Below are positions 1 through 10,038 of a stretch of DNA of 64,000 nucleotides, one piece after another. The position numbers were made by a program, and so were the translations under genes. Source of the DNA: a bacterium (GTDB taxonomy: Bacteria > SAR324 > NAC60-12); the NCBI GenBank assembly GCA_965233585.1, contig CBDDTI010000747.1, positions 448,001-512,000 on the forward strand, given 5' to 3'. Below the pieces are notes generated by a model that saw only the letters and a list, made by a program, of their open reading frames with translations, made no database searches and was not told the origin of the DNA. How positions within the stretch are numbered: position 1 is the first letter of the stretch; every line of letters begins with the position of its first letter.

Positions 1-2
1 CA

Positions 3-419
3 GTGGTCAAAGGTGATGTCCTTGTCATTCGTTACGAAGGACCTCAAGGGGGACCGGGAATGCGTGAGATGCTTGCCCCAACTTCTGCTGTCATGGGTCG
101 TGGACTTGGCAAGGAAGTGGCTCTCATCACCGATGGTCGTTTTTCAGGGGGAAGTCACGGCTTTGTCATTGGACACATCACTCCAGAAGCCTACGTTGGC
201 GGATTGATTGCCTTAGTAGAAGATGGCGACCCTATTACCATTGATGCCAAAAATCAGTCCATCACTTTAAACATTGAAGACCAAGAGATTGCAAAGCGTC
301 AGAAGGATTGGCAAAAGCCCAAACCGCGTTACCAAAGAGGCACCCTTGCCAAATATGCAAGGCTTGTCAGCAATGCCTCCAAAGGTGCAGTGACAGACGT
401 AGAAAACCGCTCTTTGTAA
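3..419 (+). CDS. ilvD: Dihydroxy-acid dehydratase, C-terminal part (5' end outside window)
   Basis: [17 protein letters not shown] and [19 protein letters not shown] motifs typical of IlvD. Confidence 0.95.
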   Translation: MVKGDVLVIRYEGPQGGPGMREMLAPTSAVMGRGLGKEVALITDGRFSGGSHGFVIGHITPEAYVGGLIALVEDGDPITIDAKNQSITLNIEDQEIAKRQKDWQKPKPRYQRGTLAKYARLVSNASKGAVTDVENRSL

Positions 420-499
420 AAAATTTTTTTAAAAAAAGTTCTTACCCCCCTTCAATCAGTTTTACTTTTTGCTTTTTAGATTCAGTCTTGTTTTTTTAG

Positions 500-1249
500 A
501 TGCTGAACAACTTGTTTTCTCTGGCTTCTGAGGTGGTTCTGTTGTTGGCATTGGTCAGTTTTGTCGCAGCCATCATTAGCGGAGTCTTGGGCATGATTGG
601 TGGGATTCTCTTGGTTGTGGTGGGGACGTTGTTCATGCCTATTGAGCAATTTCTACCCATTCACGCAGCAGTCATGCTGATTTGCACGTGTTCCAGAGTA
701 TTGATGGCGTGGAGAAGTCTGGACAAACAAGTGTGGTTTCAATTTTCTTGGAGTAATGCTATTGGGACGTTTTTGGGTGCTTCTTTGATTGTGTTTGTGA
801 ACCAACAACTGACTTTCCTCTTGTGCAATTTATTTCTTTTGATTGGCACATGGATTCGTATGTTGACTTTCAACTTCAAAGGAGGACTGGCAGTACTTGG
901 TGCGTTGCACGGCTGGTTGAGTGGCATGATTGGCTCAACAGGACCAATCGCCATGCCAACTTTAATCCACCGCTACCAAAAAAGTGATTATGAAAAGATT
1001 GTCATCACTCACTCCTCTTTGATGATGAACAGCCATTTGTTCCGTATGCTTTCCTTTGGATTTTTGGGAACGTCGTATTTCAAGCTGATTCCAATCATTG
1101 TCGTTTTAGGAGGCTTTAGTCTGCTTGGGTCATTTGTTGGCACAAAGATTAGGCATCAAATTCCAAACCAAGACTTGCTATTGAAGTACCTTAAAATCCT
1201 TATCAGTGGGCTAGTTTTAGTGAATGTGACGAAAACATTAATGCCATGA
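500..1249 (+). CDS. Sulfite exporter TauE/SafE (TSUP) family membrane protein
   Basis: About 250 aa, polytopic, with GVLGMIGGILL and SGMIGSTGP duplicated motifs. Confidence 0.75.
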   Translation: MLNNLFSLASEVVLLLALVSFVAAIISGVLGMIGGILLVVVGTLFMPIEQFLPIHAAVMLICTCSRVLMAWRSLDKQVWFQFSWSNAIGTFLGASLIVFVNQQLTFLLCNLFLLIGTWIRMLTFNFKGGLAVLGALHGWLSGMIGSTGPIAMPTLIHRYQKSDYEKIVITHSSLMMNSHLFRMLSFGFLGTSYFKLIPIIVVLGGFSLLGSFVGTKIRHQIPNQDLLLKYLKILISGLVLVNVTKTLMP

Positions 1250-2544
1250 AAAAAGAAAAAGGGAAAGGAAAATGGATAGAATGCGACATTACTAAACTAG
1301 TTTTTGGAGGTTGCGGGCTGGCTTACCACGCAGGCAAAACTGTTTTTGTTCACAATGCACTACCGCAAGAAAAAGTCAGGGCAAGAGTCACCAAAGCCAA
1401 ACGTTCACATTGGGAAGCTATTGCAGAAGAAATCCTTTTTGCCTCTCGCATCAAACCGCTTGAAGAGCATTATCTCTCATGCAGTCCGTGGCAGATTTTA
1501 GAACCATCTGAAGAGGCATCATGGAAGCAAGCCATCGCACAAGAAACTTTGCAGTCTATTGGCGGGATAGAGTTTGGGCAGATTGATTTTTCTGATGCTG
1601 TCAGTCGCACAGGATACAGAAATAAGATGGAGTTCAGTTTTTGCTCATCAGATTCGGGGTTGTCTCTTGCGTTTTTTGCCAGAGCATCTCATCGTAAAGT
1701 AGCCATCAAAAGCTGTGTGTTGGCTGATGCAATCATCAATGAAAAGGCAAACAAGATTGTGAACGTCTTGCAAAGTGAAGGTGTCCGAGAAACTGCTTTG
1801 AAGTCTTTGATTGTCAGAAGCTCAAGTCAGGGAGAAGTGATGGCAGGGTTGTTTGTGACTGACAGCGACTTCATACAACGATTTTCCAATCTCAAAAAAA
1901 GTTTTGAGGACTTAGGACTCAAAGGATTTGCTGTGTTCTATTCTGACGCTAAAAGTCCTGCGTCTGTTGTCAATGAAATTTTGTGGACACATGGAGATTT
2001 GCACTTAGAAGAGCATTTAAACAACAAAAAATTAGGCTATGGGTTGCATAGTTTTTTCCAAATCAATGTCAAGATGTTTGAGCAAGTTTTAAAAGACATG
2101 TCTCCTTTTGTTCATTCGCAGCACATCATTGATTTATATTGTGGAGTAGGGGCGATTGGTATTGCATTGGGTGGATTGGCTCAAACAACCTCTTTCGTAG
2201 ATTCTTCTCAACACTCTGTCCAAGACCTGAAGCAAAATCTTCTCAATCATTCCATGCCAAATGCCAAAGTCATCTGTCAGCCTTCAGAAAAGGCACTCAT
2301 TCCAATTCCATCTGATGCCACTGTCATTGTTGACCCCCCTAGAACAGGACTGCATCACAAAGTCCTGCATCAAATCCGACAAGCCTTGCCTTCTCAAATC
2401 ATTTACCTCTCATGCAATCTTTCTACATGTGCCAGAGACCTTGCAGTGTTCAAACATGACTACCACATTTCTAAAATAAAATGTTATAATTTTTTCCCAA
2501 TGACTCCACATTTTGAAACATTAGTCGTTTTGGAACAAACATAA
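1246..2544 (+). CDS. rlmD: 23S rRNA (uracil-5)-methyltransferase, RlmD/TrmA family
   Basis: N-terminal TRAM region, YRNKMEF, SFFQIN, DLYCGVG, VDPPRTG, YLSCN, FPMTPHFE. Confidence 0.85.
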   Translation: MKKEKGKGKWIECDITKLVFGGCGLAYHAGKTVFVHNALPQEKVRARVTKAKRSHWEAIAEEILFASRIKPLEEHYLSCSPWQILEPSEEASWKQAIAQETLQSIGGIEFGQIDFSDAVSRTGYRNKMEFSFCSSDSGLSLAFFARASHRKVAIKSCVLADAIINEKANKIVNVLQSEGVRETALKSLIVRSSSQGEVMAGLFVTDSDFIQRFSNLKKSFEDLGLKGFAVFYSDAKSPASVVNEILWTHGDLHLEEHLNNKKLGYGLHSFFQINVKMFEQVLKDMSPFVHSQHIIDLYCGVGAIGIALGGLAQTTSFVDSSQHSVQDLKQNLLNHSMPNAKVICQPSEKALIPIPSDATVIVDPPRTGLHHKVLHQIRQALPSQIIYLSCNLSTCARDLAVFKHDYHISKIKCYNFFPMTPHFETLVVLEQT

Positions 2545-2593
2545 AATCAATCTTGATTTAAAAATCACTGTCATTTTAGAACAAAAACTAAAT

Positions 2594-3046
2594 ATGTTTC
2601 CCAAAAAATTATTTTTTATTCTTTGGTTAATATTCTTTGCCTCCACCGCACTTGCACAAGAAGCCCCTGCCGAAAACGTAGAACCACAAGCCTATGACAC
2701 AAATGAAGCCAACGCACAGGAAGCTACACCAGAAAATGGACAAGCCAATGCCCAAGATGGACAACCTCCTCCTTTGACTGAAGCACAAAAAAAACAGCTG
2801 GAACGTCAAAAAAAGCTACAAGAGACCTATGATCAATTTTTGAAAAAACAAGAAGAAAACCGCAACACGCCTCCCAGCCCTCCAATCAGTAACAAGCTCA
2901 TCGGTAGAAAACCCTTGCCCAAAGTCACCGAATCTGATGCCTACCTTGAAAGACTCTTCCAAAATAAGCTCATCTTAGAAGGACTTGTCAAACCTCAAGC
3001 CAAAGACGACATCAGCTATGAATTATTTATGAAAGGGGTGAAGTAG
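2594..3046 (+). CDS. Hypothetical exported protein, Q/P/E-rich
   Basis: Signal peptide ending ALA-Q followed by low-complexity region. Confidence 0.6.
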   Translation: MFPKKLFFILWLIFFASTALAQEAPAENVEPQAYDTNEANAQEATPENGQANAQDGQPPPLTEAQKKQLERQKKLQETYDQFLKKQEENRNTPPSPPISNKLIGRKPLPKVTESDAYLERLFQNKLILEGLVKPQAKDDISYELFMKGVK

Positions 3047-3145
3047 AACAGTTGCACTGGACTTTGCACCTTTCTCACTTGCCTGTTCCCCTTAACAAAA
3101 AAGTTAAAATTTTCTATTAGTCAATGTGTTTTTTGAAAATAATGC

Positions 3146-3173
3146 TTGACATATTGATTCAATCTGATAGACT
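3146..3173 (+). promoter_or_regulatory. Putative sigma70 promoter with palindrome ATTGA-T-TCAAT in the spacer (possible operator)
   Basis: TTGACA-16 nt-TAGACT upstream of the amidohydrolase operon. Confidence 0.5.
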
Positions 3174-3282
3174 GCAAGCTTTTTTCCGGTTTGGTTGGCT
3201 TTTTCATTGACGAATTAAAAATTTTTCAATGCGATTTCGGCATGCAGTAACGTCGGACATAAGTTTTGATAAGGAGCGACTC

Positions 3283-4539
3283 ATGGCAAATGTTGTTTTC
3301 AATAATGTTTATATTTGGGACGGAGAACGAGATGAAAGAACACTTGGGTCTGTTAAGATTACTGACAACAGAATAGATCAAATCAGCAGCCAAGATTTTA
3401 CTGATGAGACTGACGACGATACTGTCACGATTGACGGACGTGGTCATACGCTCATGCCGGGTTTGGTTGAGGGACATTGTCACCCAACTTTTACAGGCAT
3501 TGCCAATGGTTATGAGCTGGGATTGATCCCCCCTGAACGACATACCTTACTCACCGTAAAGAATCTAAAACTACTTTTAGATCATGGTTTTACCAGTATT
3601 TTTGAGGCCGCTTCAGCTAAGCCGATGATTGGTGTAGTGGTACGAGATGCCATAGAAGAAGGCTTGATTATTGGACCAAGAATGCAAGCTGGTAGTCCTG
3701 AAATCACTGTGACTGGTGGACTGGGAGATGAAAGGCGTAGGCATATTTATCAAGAAAGTTTCGGTTTAATTGCTGATGGTGTAGACGAAATCACTAAGTG
3801 TGTAAGAACCTGTATCAGGGATGGGGTAGATACCATCAAAATTAACATCTCTGGTGATGAATTTACATCCTTTGCTAGGGCTGAAATTACAACCATGCTA
3901 GACGAAGAGATTGCAGCTGCTGTTAGCATTGCTAAGCTCTTTCATAAGAAAGTTGCTGCACATGCTAGATCGCCTGAAAGTGTCAAAAAGGCTGTGCGAA
4001 ACGGTGTAGATTGTATCTATCATTGTGATTTTGCTGACGAAGAAGCAATAGATATGCTGGAGTCTGTCAAGGACAAGGTCTTTGTAGGACCTGCTTTGGG
4101 CTTGGTTCATAACTGTACTAAAGAAGGTGACGTAGTGGGGATTCCCCAAGAAGTTGCTGAAAGTATGGGCTTGTTTAGGAAGTTTGACATGTGCTGTGAA
4201 GTGTATCACGAGCTACGAAAACGAGGAATGCGCGTGGTCACAGGTGGTGATTATGGTTTTGCTGTGACGCCTATGGGACAGAATGCTAGGGATATTGAAC
4301 ATTTTGTCAAATACTTTGGTTATAGTCCCACTGAAGCACTGAAGTGTGCAACCACAGTTGGCACAGAACTGATGGGTACAAACCATGAACTGGGCAAGGT
4401 GAAAGTTGGCTATTTAGCTGACCTACTCTTGGTCAAAGGTGATCCTACGACCGATGTCTCCCTCTTACAGCATCAGGACAACCTACTAGCCATTATGAAA
4501 GATGGCAAGTTTCATAAAGTACCGCACTGGTACGTTTAA
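3283..4539 (+). CDS. Metal-dependent amidohydrolase (Xaa-Pro dipeptidase/ochratoxinase-like subgroup)
   Basis: MPGLVEGHCH (HxH), IKINISG, AAHA, IYHC, GGDYG, G+LADLLLV-GDP; AAGGAG RBS before ATG 3283. Confidence 0.9.
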   Translation: MANVVFNNVYIWDGERDERTLGSVKITDNRIDQISSQDFTDETDDDTVTIDGRGHTLMPGLVEGHCHPTFTGIANGYELGLIPPERHTLLTVKNLKLLLDHGFTSIFEAASAKPMIGVVVRDAIEEGLIIGPRMQAGSPEITVTGGLGDERRRHIYQESFGLIADGVDEITKCVRTCIRDGVDTIKINISGDEFTSFARAEITTMLDEEIAAAVSIAKLFHKKVAAHARSPESVKKAVRNGVDCIYHCDFADEEAIDMLESVKDKVFVGPALGLVHNCTKEGDVVGIPQEVAESMGLFRKFDMCCEVYHELRKRGMRVVTGGDYGFAVTPMGQNARDIEHFVKYFGYSPTEALKCATTVGTELMGTNHELGKVKVGYLADLLLVKGDPTTDVSLLQHQDNLLAIMKDGKFHKVPHWYV

Positions 4540-4562
4540 TCTAATTTCAATGGAGTAAAATC

Positions 4563-5684
4563 ATGAAAAAAATTTCAATGGCGGTGGCGTTGTCACTATT
4601 GGTGGCAAATGTGGCAATGGCTCAATATGAGGGTGTGTCTAGGACATTCTTATACAATCCGGGTTTTATGGAAATCTTTGACGCAGCTAAATTCAAGAAA
4701 AAAGGGCCCTATACCGTAGGATTCTCTAATGCTGGGCTGTCTAACCCTTGGCGTGTCGCCTTCCTACATGGGATAGAAAAAGCGGCAGAGCGGCATAGTA
4801 TCCACCTCAAAAAGTTGATCATTACTGATGCCAATGACAACCCCAGCAAACAGATTTCAGACATTCAAAATCTTATCTCACAGAAGGTGGATATTTTGTT
4901 GGTGAGTCCCTCTACAGCTGAAGCATTAACCCCCGTTTTGAAACGTGCCATGCGAAGAGGTACTCCAGTAGTCTTGGTAGATAGAGCGATCAATGGCAAC
5001 GAGGGCTACATCAGCTTTATCGCTGCTTCTAACCAAGCAATGGGTAGAGTGCAAGCACAATGGTTGGCTGAACATTTGAACTTTCAGGGGGAAGTGGTCA
5101 TGCTAGGTGGCTTAGCTGGGGCGTCTCCTGCTGAAGATAGAATCAAAGCAGCCAAAGAAGTCTTAGATCAATATCCAGGAATTAAGGTTTTGGAACTACA
5201 ATATACTTCTTGGAGCCCTGCTAATGGCAAGAAGATTATGAACAGCATGATCCAAAAATATGGCAAGCGAATCAAAGGTGTTTGGGCTGATTCTGGCTTG
5301 CAAGGTTCGGGTTCTATAGAAGCCTTCATCTCTAATGGTTATAAAAAGGGTCAAATCCCTGCCCACACTGGTGGTGATTTCAATGCGATGTACAAACTAA
5401 GCGTTCAATATGACGTCCCTATGATTGGCATGGATTACCCACCTGCTATGGGTGCTAAAGGCTTTGATGTGCTGTTTGATGTGCTTGCTGGCAAGGGTAT
5501 TCCCAGAGTGATTGATGTCAATCAACAAATTGTCGTTTCAAAAGGCTATGAAACTGCTTCGGTCAGGGCTGACATCTTTGTTCAAGACTATGCTTTGATG
5601 GACAAACCGGGAGCAACTTTGATGTCCACTGGGGCTGGTGATGACTATGACCCTAAGACCTTCAAAGCCAATTATCCCAAGTAA
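4563..5684 (+). CDS. Sugar-type ABC transporter substrate-binding protein (Peripla_BP_4)
   Basis: Signal peptide; NPWR, DANDNPSKQISDIQNL, PVVLVDR. Confidence 0.9.
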   Translation: MKKISMAVALSLLVANVAMAQYEGVSRTFLYNPGFMEIFDAAKFKKKGPYTVGFSNAGLSNPWRVAFLHGIEKAAERHSIHLKKLIITDANDNPSKQISDIQNLISQKVDILLVSPSTAEALTPVLKRAMRRGTPVVLVDRAINGNEGYISFIAASNQAMGRVQAQWLAEHLNFQGEVVMLGGLAGASPAEDRIKAAKEVLDQYPGIKVLELQYTSWSPANGKKIMNSMIQKYGKRIKGVWADSGLQGSGSIEAFISNGYKKGQIPAHTGGDFNAMYKLSVQYDVPMIGMDYPPAMGAKGFDVLFDVLAGKGIPRVIDVNQQIVVSKGYETASVRADIFVQDYALMDKPGATLMSTGAGDDYDPKTFKANYPK

Positions 5685-5759
5685 GTAGTTGAATAATCTC
5701 AAAGTGATGCCTTCCTAAAATGTTTAAAGCTAATGATTCCAAGTGAGCTTTAGATTGTC

Positions 5760-7256
5760 ATGAGTTTGTTAGCAGCAAAACAGCTTTGTAAATCTTTTGG
5801 TCAAGTTGAGGTACTCAAAGACATTGACATTGAACTTAAAGCAGGTCGCGTGCATGCACTTTGTGGTGAAAATGGTGCGGGCAAATCTACTATCATTAAG
5901 CTGTTGACCGGTGTTTATTCTGATTATACAGGGGAGATGCTTGTCAATGGTAAGCCTGTTGTCTATCGCTCTATCAAAGATGCCATCAGTCTTGGCATCA
6001 CTGTAGTACATCAAGAGTTTTCAGTCTTTGATAACCTCACTGTAGAAGAAAATATCTTGTTGGAAGCTGAACCTAGTCTCTTTGGCTTTGTCAATAGAAA
6101 GCAAATGCGTGCCAAGTGCCAAGAGATTTTACAGCGACTGGGCATTGACCTAGATGTTCGCCTACCTTTAAGTGCCTTGTCCACAGCGCAACATCAGCTT
6201 GTGGAAATAGCCAAGGCATTAAGATACAAAGCTCAAGTGTTGATACTAGATGAGCCGACAGCCTCCCTATCACACACGGAGATTGAACACTTGTTCAAGC
6301 TAATCGTTAATTTGAAACAGCAAAATCTGGCCATTTTGTATGTTTCGCATAGACTAGATGAAATCTTTGCTATTGCTGATGATTTGACCATTATCAAAGA
6401 TGGTCAAATCAGTTCAAGGGGACTTATTGGAGAATATGATCATGATAAAATCATTGCAAAAATGGTAGGTAGAAGCCTCAAAGACATCTTCCCTGATAAA
6501 TCCAAAAGAAAGCATGAATCAAAACAAGCAATACTAGAGGTTAAAAATTTAAAATATAAGCCCAATCAAAAAGGTATTAATTTCAAGGTCTTTAGTAACC
6601 AAATAGTCGGATTAGCAGGGTTGATAGGATCTGGTAGGACTGAATTTGCACAAACTATTTATGGAATAAGACAAAGTGTCGCAGGGCAAGTTTATATCAA
6701 TGGCAAAGTTTACGACAATAGAACAGCAAAAAAGAGTCTGGACCAAGCACTTGTCATGCTCACAGAATCGCGCAAGGTAGATGGACTTTTCTTGCAACAT
6801 AGTGTAGCGAGAAATTTTACTGCCAGTTCGCTGACTAAGAAACACCACTACTTGGCACTTTACAGTGGTATTTCAGAGCTGAGGGCTTCAAGTGGTTTGG
6901 AGTGTCTTAATGTTAAACTTGCTAATCTTGATCAGGCAATAGTGCATTTGTCAGGTGGTAACCAGCAAAAAGTGCTTTTAGGTAGGATACTAGAAAACAA
7001 TCCGCAACTGCTAATACTAGATGAACCTACAAGGGGCGTAGATATCGGTGCTAAGGTGCAGATTTATCATATCTTGAGAGATTTGGCTGACCAAGGCTGT
7101 GCAATTTTGATCATTTCTTCTGAGCTCATAGAGATTGTTGGACTTTGCGATGAAGTGCATGTGATGAAAGAGGGAGCAATCACAGCAACACTTAATGGTG
7201 ATGACATCAATGAAGACGAAATTATCAAATATGCAGTGTCTGACCAATATGATTAG
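5760..7256 (+). CDS. Sugar-type ABC transporter ATP-binding protein (two NBDs, RbsA/MglA-like)
   Basis: GENGAGKST, LILDEPT, LSGGNQQK, DEPTRGVDIGAK. Confidence 0.95.
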   Translation: MSLLAAKQLCKSFGQVEVLKDIDIELKAGRVHALCGENGAGKSTIIKLLTGVYSDYTGEMLVNGKPVVYRSIKDAISLGITVVHQEFSVFDNLTVEENILLEAEPSLFGFVNRKQMRAKCQEILQRLGIDLDVRLPLSALSTAQHQLVEIAKALRYKAQVLILDEPTASLSHTEIEHLFKLIVNLKQQNLAILYVSHRLDEIFAIADDLTIIKDGQISSRGLIGEYDHDKIIAKMVGRSLKDIFPDKSKRKHESKQAILEVKNLKYKPNQKGINFKVFSNQIVGLAGLIGSGRTEFAQTIYGIRQSVAGQVYINGKVYDNRTAKKSLDQALVMLTESRKVDGLFLQHSVARNFTASSLTKKHHYLALYSGISELRASSGLECLNVKLANLDQAIVHLSGGNQQKVLLGRILENNPQLLILDEPTRGVDIGAKVQIYHILRDLADQGCAILIISSELIEIVGLCDEVHVMKEGAITATLNGDDINEDEIIKYAVSDQYD

Positions 7257-7264
7257 GGTTTGCC

Positions 7265-8212
7265 ATGAATGAAATTTTAAGAGTTTTGAGGTTAGAGAAA
7301 TTGCATCTCGCTTTATTGCTAGTGATTGCCTTGCTTGCATTGGCTGGTCATTTGACTAATGAAAATTTTATATCTTTGGCTAATTTTTCCAATATCCAAG
7401 AGCAAATGGTCGCCCTGTCTTTGGTGGCTTTGGCACAATCCATTGTCATTTTAAGCGGGGGAATTGATCTGTCTTACGCTGGTTTTATAAGTTTATTGTC
7501 TGTGATGTTTGCTAGTCTTGCAGGAGAGACGGCTGGCAGTCTCATATTGGCTTTGCTACTAGTTTTTGCTTGTGGCATCGTCATCGGGGCTTGTCAGGGG
7601 GCTTTTGTTGCCTATGTCAAGATTCATCCTTTGATTGTAACCATTGCTGGTTCTACGATGCTATCGGGGCTTGCTTTACTTATCACCAAACAACCTACCG
7701 GGTCAGTGCCAATCTTTTTTGAAGATTTGGCTTATGAGACATTCCTTGCCATACCCATCAGCAGCTATTTAATCATCTTTTTATACCTAACCATTGCCTA
7801 CGTTCTCTATAATTCCAAATTTGGCATCAGAATTTATGCCTTGGGTAAGGACCCCAACGCCTGCCTCATCTCAGGAGTTCCTGTGAAAAAGACTATTGTC
7901 TGTATTTATGCTTTTTCTGGATTTTTGATTGCTTGTGCCAGTGTTTATTTGGTGGCTAGGACAGCAATAGGAGACCCAAGGTCTGGCATTGGCTTTGATT
8001 TGAGGTCTATCACTCCAGTTATTATCGGTGGCATCGTCTTGTCAGGAGGTTTTGGTGGAGTTGTTGGCACTTTACTGGCAGTCATTTTGCTGTCCCTGCT
8101 AGCTAATATGCTGAACTTTATGAACATCTCTGCTTATTATCAATGGATCATAGAAGGCTTGATCATCATTATTGCTTTGTCATTTTGTTCTAAGAAGGCA
8201 GGTCGTGCTTAG
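7265..8212 (+). CDS. Sugar-type ABC transporter permease (RbsC-like)
   Basis: GGIDLS, FGIRIYALG, IIGGIVLSGGFG. Confidence 0.9.
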   Translation: MNEILRVLRLEKLHLALLLVIALLALAGHLTNENFISLANFSNIQEQMVALSLVALAQSIVILSGGIDLSYAGFISLLSVMFASLAGETAGSLILALLLVFACGIVIGACQGAFVAYVKIHPLIVTIAGSTMLSGLALLITKQPTGSVPIFFEDLAYETFLAIPISSYLIIFLYLTIAYVLYNSKFGIRIYALGKDPNACLISGVPVKKTIVCIYAFSGFLIACASVYLVARTAIGDPRSGIGFDLRSITPVIIGGIVLSGGFGGVVGTLLAVILLSLLANMLNFMNISAYYQWIIEGLIIIIALSFCSKKAGRA

Positions 8213-9176
8213 TGCAGTTAAACTATTTTCCTCACAAACCATCAAAGGCAAAGCAAGAAGGGATTCATTGCTGATATTCTCGTTCATTGTCATCGCTTGG
8301 GTATCCACCAGCATTGGCTCTCCTCATTTTTTTAGTGCTAATAGCATTCAAAGTATTTTCATACAGATGTCCCCTTTGGGATTTGTCGTCATTGGACAAA
8401 TGTTTGTCATCATTTCAAGGGGTTTAGACCTTTCGGTTGCTTCTATCATGGCAACTACGGCTGTGATTGCCGTGTCTATAGATGGCATTTCTACGACAAT
8501 GATTTTTTTGATAGGCATCACACTTGGTGTCATCATCGGCTTGTTTAACGGCTATTTGATAGTAAAAAGAGGCATTAGTCCATTCTTGGCTACTTTAGCC
8601 ACTATGATCATCTTACAAGGTATCAGATTTACCTACACTGGTGGTTCACCAACAGGAGATTTGAGTGAAGATTTACGTTTCATTGCCACAGGAAGTGTGC
8701 TAGGCATTCCTATCAGTGTGATTGTTCTCATTGTAGTTGCTGTGCTAGCACATTGGATCTTAGAATACACCCTATATGGCAGGCAACTGAGTTTATATGG
8801 CGAAAACCCTCTGGCAGCTAGGGTCTCTGGTTACAATGAAACAAGACTTATCTTTGCGACCTATGCACTTTCTGGAATTTTAGCTGCTGTGGCAGGGTTA
8901 TTTTTAGTTGGTTATGTGGGAATTGTTGATAACTGGACAGGGCAAGGCTTTGATATAGACTCTATAGTCGCAGCCGTGATAGGTGGGGTCGCACTTAAAG
9001 GAGGCAAAGGCAATGTGATAGGTGCAATACTTGGTGCATTATTGCTCGTTTCTTTATTTAACATCATTCTTGTCTTAGGGTTTTCTGTTGAATTTCAAAT
9101 CATTGTCAAAGGTTTTTTGATCCTTTTAGCCGCTTCCATATATACGATGAAAAAATCTGACCGTCTTCATGGATAA
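8205..9176 (+). CDS. Sugar-type ABC transporter permease (RbsC-like)
   Basis: RGLDLSVAS, PFLATL, AAVIGGVALKGGKG; GTG start overlapping the previous stop is assumed. Confidence 0.9.
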   Translation: MLSAVKLFSSQTIKGKARRDSLLIFSFIVIAWVSTSIGSPHFFSANSIQSIFIQMSPLGFVVIGQMFVIISRGLDLSVASIMATTAVIAVSIDGISTTMIFLIGITLGVIIGLFNGYLIVKRGISPFLATLATMIILQGIRFTYTGGSPTGDLSEDLRFIATGSVLGIPISVIVLIVVAVLAHWILEYTLYGRQLSLYGENPLAARVSGYNETRLIFATYALSGILAAVAGLFLVGYVGIVDNWTGQGFDIDSIVAAVIGGVALKGGKGNVIGAILGALLLVSLFNIILVLGFSVEFQIIVKGFLILLAASIYTMKKSDRLHG

Positions 9177-9981
9177 CTACTGGAATAAACAATTTATCTT
9201 TAAAAAAATACTTCAAGATTTTGACTATTGGCAGACTTGGTACCCCAAGACCAGCAAGGAGTTTGTACTCTTAATTGATGTTGAAATCGTTGCTTACGGT
9301 GCTGAACCAAGGCAGGTCATGAGAGTGATTCGTCCTAAACAAGCACTAGCTGAGTGTGAAGAGTTAGGACTTATCCCCGTGTTTTTACATGGTGGTTATT
9401 GGCGTTCGCAAGATGCTTGTGATTATGACTTCGTTGCTCGAAGTCTGAGCCTGTTTGCTAAAGTAATCTATAATGTAGAATACAGATTGATACCGAAGAT
9501 TAACATTCAACAACAGGTACAAGACGTTATTGATGCTTTAAAGGTGGTTTATGAATTAGAACAAAAGCCTTTGATCTTGTTTGGTCATTCCGCTGGGGCG
9601 CATCTACTCTTCGCTGCTTGTCAAGATGATTTTTTTAACCAAGACAACATTTATCAAATCAATGCTTTAAGCGGAATCTTTGACCTAGAAGTCATCAGCT
9701 ATTCTGACTTACAACAAGAACTGCACTTCAGCAAGCAAGAAATAGAGCAGTATTCACCTCTTAAATGGCAGGAATTGAAAGCCATCAAGACACACCTCAT
9801 CAACGGAAAACTGGAAACTAGCGAGTACATTAGGCAATCTTCACTACTGTACGAGCGAATGAAACAGCTTGGTCAGAATCAAGATCAAGTCAGCTTGTCG
9901 TTACTAGAAGATCATCATCATATGAGCCTAGTGAGTCTTTTGTCCGACCAAAAATTGCTCAAAAATGTCATGAATCTCTAA
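9169..9981 (+). CDS. Alpha/beta hydrolase, arylformamidase/kynurenine formamidase-like
   Basis: FLHGGYW oxyanion motif, GHSAG nucleophile elbow, SGIFDL, late His. Confidence 0.8.
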   Translation: MDNYWNKQFIFKKILQDFDYWQTWYPKTSKEFVLLIDVEIVAYGAEPRQVMRVIRPKQALAECEELGLIPVFLHGGYWRSQDACDYDFVARSLSLFAKVIYNVEYRLIPKINIQQQVQDVIDALKVVYELEQKPLILFGHSAGAHLLFAACQDDFFNQDNIYQINALSGIFDLEVISYSDLQQELHFSKQEIEQYSPLKWQELKAIKTHLINGKLETSEYIRQSSLLYERMKQLGQNQDQVSLSLLEDHHHMSLVSLLSDQKLLKNVMNL

Positions 9982-10038
9982 TCAATCCACTCTTTCTGAT
10001 GAGTAATACTGTAAACAACTCATGCTGATTTAACGTTC

